A stretch of 64,000 nt of DNA from Eledone cirrhosa (Eukaryota): positions 331,452,001 through 331,516,000 of the forward strand of contig OZ024740.1 in NCBI GenBank assembly GCA_964016885.1, read 5' to 3'. Positions 1 through 9,760 of this stretch are shown piece after piece. The position numbers and the translations under genes were made by a program. Under the pieces are notes generated by a model that did not search any database, had not been told where the DNA came from, and worked only from the letters and a program-made list of their open reading frames with translations. Numbering within the stretch: the first letter of the stretch is position 1; each line of letters starts with the position of its first letter.

Positions 1-230
1 ATTGGTTGACGTAAGGAGTATTCAATACCAGTGTCGAGTATAACTATTCTTTATTGTATATAATTGGAAAGTTAGTCGTGTTACTCTGCTGTTTCAGAAT
101 CAACCAACCAACCAACCGGAAACGTATAATAAATTGAAATGAAACCTACAGGTGCGTGTGTCTTTATTGGAAGCATGTCCCTCCCAAAGTATAACAATAT
201 ATACATATATATATATATATACATATATAT

Positions 231-269
<39 letters not shown>

Positions 270-280
270 TTAAAATAACA

Positions 281-350
281 GATTAAAGTTTAAGCAAAGA
301 ATCGCTGCTTTCACCCTTAACGGGATCTTCTGAAACTAACAAAGTCAATC
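281..350 (-). ncRNA. Type I hammerhead, U4A core variant (family E)
   Basis: Minus strand reads GATTGA...AGTTT-CAGAAGA-TCCC-GTTAA-GGGT-GAA-AGCAG-CGATTCT-TTGCT-T-AAACT-TTAATC. Confidence 0.72.
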
Positions 351-980
351 TGTAAACGCAGAACTGGATATTTCAAAAAACGTTGCAACCGGAGGAAGAC
401 AGGAAGACGATATTTTGGTTTGTGGTAACGTTCGCTGGCAAAGAACGGGAAAAAACGAATAAACGTCATTAATAGGAGCGGTGAAAAACAATTACGTGCA
501 AAGACAGAACCACGTTTATGGTATAAAAGAGGTCGTAGACTAATGTTCTCTTAGGTGGTGCATAGAGACGTTCTCTGGCAATGAACGAAAACACGAAGAT
601 AATAAGTCATACGTGGAGCGTGGAGAACAATAGCACGCAAAGACAAAACCACGTAAATGGTATAGCAGAAGTTGTAGACTAAAATTCTAACTAGGAGACC
701 AAATGAATCTCCGCTACAGAGTTAAGAACAAAGTAAATAAATACAATACGGAAGTAATAGAAACAAATAAATACATACACGCAAACAGATACGTACATAC
801 ACAAGCATACGCAAACCCTTACCATAGATATACAAAACCAAGCACATATAAATATGTGTGTGTGTGTATGCTTGTGTACAAATAAATAAATAATTATATA
901 AACGTATATAAGTAAATAAATACGTATATAACAAGCGCAGACACATACCTACAAATAAATACACGAATGTTCGGAGACGT

Positions 981-1031
981 AGTTTCAGAAGATCCCGTTA
1001 AGGGTGAAAGCAGCGATTCTTTGCTTAAACT
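981..1031 (+). ncRNA. Type I hammerhead, U4A core variant (family E)
   Basis: Stem I AGTTT/AAACT, core CAGAAGA, stem II CCC/GGG, GAAA, stem III AGCAG/TTGCT, triplet CUU. Confidence 0.72.
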
Positions 1032-2384
1032 TTAATCTGTTATTTTAATAAATATTTGCTCTACGGTGCTTATATATTTGATATATATTTTCCTTATCGA
1101 GCCCTTTTTGGATTTTAGTCTTCAATTTTATTATTAACTCTATATATAGACTAATGTTTGTTTTTTCAACATTGTTGTGTAATTGTATCAGTTTTATTTC
1201 ATGGATTAGTACTCCTACTATCTATTGGAGTTTCATTTGTTTTTTATAGTGATAGGCAAGTTTTTCTGTGTGCTGGAATGGGGTTCAATTTAAATGAAGT
1301 ATATCGGTCTATTTTATTTTTTCTTGAAAGGTTTTTGTGTTTGGCCAATTTTTTCTTTACAACGCTGTTCCAAATCTTGTTTTTATGAGTGGTTGACTGG
1401 ATGACTGGTTGGTTTGCTTAATGATATCATTTAATGTTATTACGTCATGTTTATAATTTCGTTGAATTTGTTCACCACATTGGTGTGGACTGATGGTGCT
1501 GTTGGTGCTATTAGTTGTTTGCTATTCAATGCTTAACTTTATTAATGATACAGATATGACAGTGAGACTTTCTTTGTCTATGTTCTGATTTGATTTAATT
1601 CTAATTTGTATCAGGATATCCGCGATACGATGGATGGTTATATTTGGTGCGTGCAGTGCTAATTTGTTTTCTGACGATTTGATTTTTTTCTCATTGTTAT
1701 TTCTATTTTTGTGGTGTTTCCTTCATAGTGTCTTACCATTATTAGTTTTCTATTTGATGAGCCAGACTTTCTACATGGATTGCGAATGTCAGAGATTACT
1801 TAGTTGTAAGTGCAAGTCCAAGTCAATTTCGTATTATACATAATTCATTTCTAAACGTCAATGTAAATAAGATGTACTACTTCTTATCTTATAGCAAAAC
1901 ACTTATGTAGATTTTAACTCATGTTTAGTACAATTCTATCTCTCATAGAAACTGCAACAGCAGACTGCTTGATGGGGTAGTCAAGGTAAAGCAAGTCTAT
2001 AACCAGATATTGGTCAGCCAATCTTTATATACTAGTACAAATACACATATATATAAGTACACATATAGACAAGCTGTCCAGCACCTCACAACATCGATGT
2101 GGTTAGGCAGTCAAGTTATATATCTATATATAGATAAGTCTACACAAATATATATAGTTTTCGTGACTCTGTTGTGTGGATGAGGATAACGTTTTGATTA
2201 ACGTGTGCGTAAATATATTAACACTTTCCCGTTATTATCGTCTTTTCTGTGTATGATAACACAATGCCAGTATGTGGACGAACTACGTGCTAGAGGCAGC
2301 TTTAGGATCTCCATTAAAATGTATGTAAACTCGACAAAAGTTGATAAATAAGTTCAGTAGAGTTAATGTTCATTCAATTATCGT

Positions 2385-3670
2385 ACTTGGATAACCATAC
2401 GTACACACCGTACCATAAGCCCAATGAATTGCTGACTTACGTGAATACCTACTCCAACCACCCTAGGTCTGTCATCAGCGGTATACTGAAGGGCGTATCT
2501 AATAGAATAAGTTCACTCTCACATAGTGAGGAGGCGTTTGACTCGCAGGCTGATTACTATAACGACGCCTTAGCTAGATCCGGCTTTAGGGATAAATTGT
2601 ATTACACCCAGGGAAATAATGGTCCTAATAGTAGCTCTACCAGTGTTGTTATAACACATAATATGTCCATTGGTAATCGAGGTGTCGCGAATGGGAGGGT
2701 TCTAAATGCCGGTGGAATGAAACAGCAGGGCACCATTGGTCTAAGTAATAACAATAGAGGTGTCGTGAACGGGAGGTTTCTAGATGCCGGTGGAATGAAC
2801 CAGCAGGGCACCATTAGTCTAAGTAATAGCAATGGTGGGCCTCGCAGCTCCCCGCATAGACTAGGTGAGCATAGGAACCGTAGAAATAATAATGCTAATA
2901 ATACTGATGGAAATAGAAAGAATAAAAAGAATAGAAGAAGATTGAATACATACTTCAACCCCCCTTTTAATTCTGAAGTGGCTACAAATATTCCTAGGGC
3001 CTTCTTCTCTGTGCTAGAATGGAACTTCCCTCCTGGTAATAGGTACCACTCTATCCTCAATAAGAATGTTGTTAAACTTTCGTATTCTACAACCCAAAAT
3101 CTGGCCTCTCATCTGGCCATTACTAATAATAAGAAAATAAAGGAAGGCCTGGACAACCTAAGCCTAGGGGAAAACACGGTAGTGGATAGAGTGGGCAGTA
3201 ACACTGGTGGTGATCTTTCTGAGAATAGCATCACCAGAGGTTGTAACTGTAGAAGGGCTTCGGGCTGCCCCCTGAATGGTTTCTGCCTTGTTAGAAACAT
3301 AGTTTATGCGTGTGATGTGGTAACTACGGCGTCCACTATGACCTATATAGGATCAACTTCCACCCCCTTTAAGACCAGGTTTAACTCTCATCAATGCACT
3401 TTTAGACATAATAAACTGAAGAACTCCACCTCCTTGGCAGCGTACGTCCATAATTTAAAAAATGCACGAACACCTTACACACTTACTTGGCGGCAGGTTG
3501 CTAAATCCCATCCATATACTCCTCATAGTAGAGTATGCAACCTGTGCCTTGCCGAATCCCACTCTATTATATTTGCTAAATGCCCTCTACTAAATAGAAA
3601 GTCTGAAATTGTTTCCTCTTGCCCCCACCGAATATTAAGCTCTTTCTTCTACTTTAAACCTGTTAGCTAG
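2385..3670 (+). pseudogene. 5'-truncated copy of the family A ORF (RT thumb + GIY-YIG)
   Basis: Matches the C-terminal ~430 aa of 9761-12292 with very few substitutions (e.g. W/R, V/F). The first residues of the annotated ORF come from flanking DNA. Confidence 0.92.
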
Positions 3671-5954
3671 CACGTCCTTATTCCTCCAGTTGGGCTGTCT
3701 TGTGTAACTGTCTCTGACTGAGTGTAACTGTCTCCTAATGTTGGTCGTCTATGTATACGAGTCTGTGAATGTATACGTATGCCTGTGGGAGGATATTGAT
3801 CTTGATATTGGGGTGTGCAGGGGAGTGTATGTTAATAAGCACCCCTGTTTGGTACAGTGGATGTAACCCATCCACGCTGGCCTACCCACCATTAGTGCAT
3901 TGGTGGACCTATCCTGACGTATATCTTGTTGATCTGTACCTCTGTATGCGCATGAGTTGTGATGTAATGTTTTTATGTAAAGCGTGTACTGTGATTTAGG
4001 CTGCACTAGTAGAAATTAAGCCTGTAACTGTGGCGGACCCGTGCCATCCTGCCGTAAGCAGTGGATACGTGGCGCATATATGTGTTGCCCTCATATTCTG
4101 TGGTTCAAGATCTACAGGCTGACCTCTGGGAGCTCTTACCCGGGGTTGTAGTCTTTCTAGCACGATCGGCCTTCCTTATATTGACGGTCGTTTTTATGAT
4201 CCCGAAAGTAACGTTTTGGCCCCGATGGCCCTCCGTAGTTACTAACGGTCTGTGTACACTCGAATCGGTCAATGGCACGTGCAGACATGAATATCTCCGT
4301 AGGATTTCAACTTTATTTTAATACATCTCATCGTATGTATTTGTTTTGAATATATTACCTGTGGTGGTGGGTCTGGTCTAATGTGGTATTTCGGTGTTTA
4401 ATATCGTATTTAATATCGTATTTAATATCGGCTTTGACCCGGGTGTCCTACGCTGTGTGTGTGTGCGTGTGTGCCCGTGTATACATTTATATGTGTATGG
4501 GTGTAGGTGGTTATATGTGTCTGTGTGTATATATAAAAAAATATATATATCTGTTAGAACACGAAAAGTGTGAAACAACAGAATGTTCACTTTTCGTGTT
4601 CTAACATATATGCCTAGCTTCTTTAAAAATTTTTCGGGGATAGCCGTGGTGGTGGTGATTGTATGTCATTGGCTAATTTTCAACCAATCAGAGTACCTCT
4701 CTCTATATCTCTTCCACTGTTACTTACGCCTGTTTCTCTCTATCTGTTCCGTCTCTATATATATCTCTTACTCTTTCGCTTTGCACTCCTCCCCTTCAAT
4801 ACCATCTCTCCCCCTCTCTATATATTTGTTACTCTATCGCTGCACGCTCCTCTCCTTCAATATATCAATTACACACGCTTTACACTCCTTTATCCCCAGC
4901 GCCCCTATATATACACCCCCCCTCTCCCGCATCTATATTTTAATGTACCGTTGCACCGTGAATATATGTGTCTATATATATATACATATATATTGTATAT
5001 ACACATTCATGTATGTGTATACACACTCATGTATGTATATACACTGGTTTTATGTGTGTATTGTAAATTTGTACTGTTAAAACACGAAACTAACATTCGA
5101 TTGACACTTTGATTACCTGTACAGGCAATAGTTATTAGAATGCTGTTGAAGTGTGTATATATTTTTGGGGGACATCCTGTATATACACACATTATATATA
5201 ATACAATAAACAGATAAATACACACATATATATATGAGCTTATTTAATTATAAATATTGTGAATTTTTAACTCAGTTCAATTATATATATAAATGGCTTC
5301 TACAGGACTAGAACTGTTTCATTCGAAAGAATTCATCATAATATTGAGAGGGGGGACTAGATAAAATATTTCAAATCAAATGTGTATAAGTTATAAGTTA
5401 AAATGTATAAATAGAGACGATAGTGGAGGTATATCTGTTTAGTGGAACAGTAGACGATAGAATTAAATACAGACGATAATCTCCCTTTAATGAAACAGCA
5501 GACGATAGAATTAAGGCAATTTAAATTTTAAGCATTTGCATTTTTGCCTTTCATCGTTACGGGGTCGATAAAATAAAGTACCAGAAATACACTGTCACTA
5601 GACGACTTTCAAATTGAATTGTTGGTTCCATTTCTTTAGTATTTTCAATTGTAGTTATCTACTTAAAAAGCGTTACACGGTTAGAGACATAATTCGTAAG
5701 TTATATCTTCCCTATTAAACCATTGCATTATTTCGCCTACAATAGAACAAAAATGAAATGTTCTTTAAAGAAACAGGAATATAACTTTATAAAAAAAAAA
5801 GTTGCATCCGCTTCTTTTATCATTGATAATTTTTTCGTTTTAATATTAATTGTTTTTTGTAGTTGTTTATATTAAAAATCTTAATGTAATATTTACTTAA
5901 ACGAAGGCAAACATCTAAACTTATAGATTAATCTTGAGCGAAGGACTAGATAAA

Positions 5955-5986
<32 letters not shown>

Positions 5987-7064
5987 AACGAAGAATGATA
6001 AAATTTCAAGCAAAGAGTTTAATTAGGTATATTTTGTAATATTATTAACTAATTATTATAATTAACGCGCATATTTTGCTATCCTCAAACACGTTTACAC
6101 ATGGCATGAAATATAACTAATCCGAGATGGCTAGGTTTCATCTTCTAACTGGATATACGAAATCCATTATGTCTTGACAACAACATGAGGTAACATTATG
6201 TTATTCACAGACACACTTTGTACACTGTTCCATATCAGAATGTATTTCCTTCGTCACATTCACAAACAGTATTGAAAATATGTTCTTCGGCAAATAAAAA
6301 TGTTTTGTTCATAATATTTCAACTAGCGATTGCTCTACTCCACGCACGACCACCATAAATTAATGACCAGCTCAACACAAGTATTGGTAGAGCGTCAGAC
6401 ACCATGCTTTGCAGTATTGTTATGGTCCTTTGCATTCTAAGTTCAAATCCTGCCGAGGTTAACTTCGACTTTCATACTTACTAATTCGATAAAATAAAGT
6501 ACCAGTAATGGACTGCCGTAATGGATTTGTGCCGAAAAATAGAAACACTATTAATGTGCAATAAGAGCAAAATATAACGACATTGCTCAATTATTTTATC
6601 TAATGTTGTAATAACACAAGGAAATGTTGTTTGTGTATTTTTTTTTATATTTGCTCATAGGCTTTTACAATTTCGCTCAGCCAACAACTATTAAAAAGTG
6701 AGTTGCTTAAGATAACAATTTAATCACAAATTGTTGCTATCTTTTAATACACTCCAACAAGTCATCAAATTATGTACAATAAAAACAAAACTTATTAATT
6801 TGCTCAGGGAATATAAAGAAAATGTACATACACTGATAATTGCAATTGTATGTAAATATTTTGTTTTTGTATTGTTTATTTTATGTTTTCTATTATGTAT
6901 AATATATTGATTTAATATTGATTGTTTTTTGTAGTTGTTTATATTAAAAGTCTGAAAATATTTTTAGACATCTTACACTAATATTTATGAGATAATTTAT
7001 AATAACAATTACATAATCTAATTACATTACAACGATAATTTATTATTAATATATATCCTGTTTA

Positions 7065-7883
7065 ACTAGAGTTGTTGCTAAAAAATATTGTAATCATTAT
7101 ATATAGTACATTCTGTGGCATCCTTTATAAAAATAGCTTAAACCAACGAAGCCTTTATTTTTACGCTATTTCACTTAGTTAATTCTTAGAGTGTAACATA
7201 TAAAAATAAATACATCTATGTTTAATGTAATAACAGCTATAAATAATTACGTAATATTATTATCATATATTCATAGTAACAAAATAATTGTGTTGAAACT
7301 TAATATGATGCTTATATGAACGATCAAATCTATAATGATAATTTCTTAAATATACTAATAGTAAAATAATTTAGTTATCTATTGTTACATTTTCATAGAA
7401 CTATAATATTAACAATCGTATTGCATTATCAAATTTTTATCACTACAAACTTTCATATTGGAATTACCTTAAGCCACTTATTATTACTTCGCTTTCGTAC
7501 TTTTACAGCTGTAGATATTGCGCTGTATCTTATATCTAATATCAATATCTCATGGTAATTTGCATGCAGTGTAAAATAGGTTTATTAATAACTTTAATAT
7601 GAAATGTATTATACAGGGCTGCGGAGTCGGCCAAAAATTGACTGGCTCCAACTCAGGATCCGATACTCCATTATTTCCTAAATTTCAGCTCCGCAGCTCT
7701 GTTATTATATTAATTAATTTATTTTATAGTTGTAAATCATATTTTTATATGTTACACTCTAAGAATTAACTAAGTGAAATAGCGTAAAAATAAAGGCTTC
7801 GTTGGTTTAAGCTATTTTTATAAAGGATGCCACAGAATGTACGATATATAATGATTACAATATTTTTTAGCAACAACTCTAGT
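7065..7883. mobile_element. Foldback/MITE-like element with ~144-bp inverted arms
   Basis: 7065-7208 is the near-perfect reverse complement of 7740-7883. Confidence 0.75.
7614..7701. mobile_element. Miniature hAT-like element
   Basis: TIRs CAGGGCTGCGGAGTCG / CAGCTCCGCAGCTCTG. 8-bp TSD GTATTATA / TTATTATA with 1 mismatch. Confidence 0.7.
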
Positions 7884-8245
7884 CCCACACTTTTGAAGGT
7901 TTATTATAACATTCTGTGGCACTTTTGAGCTTGCGCATTTTTCATGTCTAGTATATATATGTATACCGTCTCTGCATATGCATGTGGTGTGTATACGTGC
8001 ATATACGTGCTGAACATATTGATGTGTACAATCTTGTGATGTCCCAATGCGGTGACTTAATGGCTCTTGAAGCTATTTTTTTTTTTTTTTTAAATTTTTT
8101 TTTTTTAATATATCTTCTGTCTTTTTATATATATTTTGTATGCGCTACAACTGTGTCTGCTTGCTTTAACCTCACCTCGCTTGCTAATGCATGTGAATTC
8201 TTCTACCTCCTTTGATGCACCTCTCTGACCATTTGACTCCTGCCC

Positions 8246-8710
8246 GTGTGTGAACCGGTTTGTGATTACCCCACCGCTCAACTGTGTGAATGCACACCCA
8301 TGACTTTCGAGTGAACTTTCGAGACTGCCCAACCTGGGACGCCTCCATTGCCTTGCAATGGTCAAGTGATACTGGTGACTGTGACACTTAGTGCCTTCGT
8401 GGGCCCCTGATGTTTTCAAGAAATATATTTTAAAAAATTGGTGTGTGAACCGGTTTGTGATTACCCCACCGCTCAACTGTGTGAATGCACACCCATGACT
8501 TTCGAGTGAACTTTCGAGACTGCCCAACCTGGGACGCCTCCATTGCCTTGCAATGGTCAAGTGATACTGGTGACTGTGACACTTAGTGCCTTCGTGGGCC
8601 CCTGATGTTTTCAAGAAATATATTTTAAAAAATTGGTCAAGTGATACACATAACTGTGACATTTAGTGCCTTCGTGGGCCCCTGATATATTCAAGAGATA
8701 TATTCTAAAA
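8246..8710 (+). repeat. 195-bp tandem duplication (2 full + partial third unit) inside the family A pLTR; also at 13466-13930
   Basis: GTGTGTGAACCGGTTTGTG...TTTAAAAAATTG recurs at 8246 and 8441. A diverged partial unit follows. Confidence 0.9.
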
Positions 8711-8802
8711 AAATATATATCTTATCTCAATTTACTTTATTTCATTTTATTTTATTTCATTTCATGTTATCTAATTTTATTTATTTACTTACTTGACTCC
8801 AT

Positions 8803-8857
<55 letters not shown>

Positions 8858-8926
8858 TATTTAAATTTAGATTTTAATTTTAAAATTTTAAAATTTAAAT
8901 TTTAATTTTATTTATTTATTTAATTT

Positions 8927-8962
<36 letters not shown>

Positions 8963-9538
8963 TTACATTTAATTACATTTAATTATACATATAATTATAC
9001 ATTTGATTTTAATTATATCTTATATTATATTATTTTAATTTAGTCTATGTTATTTGATTTTAGTTTACCTTATTTTATCTTATTTTACGATTATACTATA
9101 TTATGTTCTATGTATATAATTTTTAATTTTTAATTTTATATTATTTTATCTCATTCCTTACCCTATATTTTATATTTTATATGTAAGTTTGTTATGTATT
9201 TCTTTGTATTTCTTTTTATATATATTATAAGTCTGTTTTTTACCTATTTTTTACCTATTTTTTACCTACTCTTACCTAATCCCATTATCTTATCTACTCT
9301 TGTCTGTTCTCTTATCCATGTGTCTACTCTTGTCTGTTCTCTTATCCATGTGTATGCTTGTATGTAACTATATGTTGACAGCACACCGCCCAACTGTGAC
9401 TGATAGCACCCCTTATTTTTATTTTTATTTTTATTTTTACTTTTATTTTTATTTTTATTCTTATCCTCTATCGTCTATTATTACCTTTCATTCTTCAATG
9501 TCTTGGATTTGTTATTGCTTGTATGGTATGCAATTAAC

Positions 9539-9596
9539 CTTTATGCTCTGATGAGTCCCACTTATAGTGCGGATGAAACAATGTTAGCAAGTAAAG
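9539..9596 (+). ncRNA. Type I minimal hammerhead ribozyme (family A, 5' pLTR)
   Basis: Stem I CTTTA-TGCT / AGCA-ag-TAAAG. Core CTGATGA. Stem II GTCC-CAC-TTATA-GTG-c-GGAT. GAAAC-AAT-GTT, with predicted cleavage after 9585. Stem III ACAATGT is near-palindromic. Confidence 0.85.
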
Positions 9597-9760
9597 ATAT
9601 GCATATGCTATAAGCGTTCTTTGTTATTTATTTATTATATTACGGCTCTGTCCTCAGACATTGAGCTAACCTCATACTGCCTGCTGGATAAGTGGAGTGT
9701 TATACACCCCTGATCCTTTCCCTAGCATACTATACGGCTCCCACTGGTTGAGCTTAAACT

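Larger units (their letters stand above)
265..1140 (-). mobile_element. Non-coding 3' fragment of PLE family E with inverted pLTR
   Basis: 265-340 is the reverse complement of 980-1055. Homologous to 32925-33250, 34545-34890 and 21720-22150. Flanked by (TA)n. Confidence 0.75.
4550..7951 (+). mobile_element. Candidate non-autonomous Helitron inserted in the (TA)n tract of PLE A
   Basis: Comparison with the uninterrupted copy (13150-13185) defines the insert as A^TC...CTAG^T with no evident TSD. An imperfect hairpin TGAGC-TT-GCGCA lies about 10 nt before CTAG. Confidence 0.65.

Noticed and set aside
1150-2380. Possible decayed LINE ORF1 on the minus strand
   Set aside because: Only strand-biased composition; no recognisable motif.
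8400-8440. CTGATG...GAAATATAT in the 195-bp repeat as a hammerhead
   Set aside because: A9 is missing, there is no stem II and there is no stem I partner.
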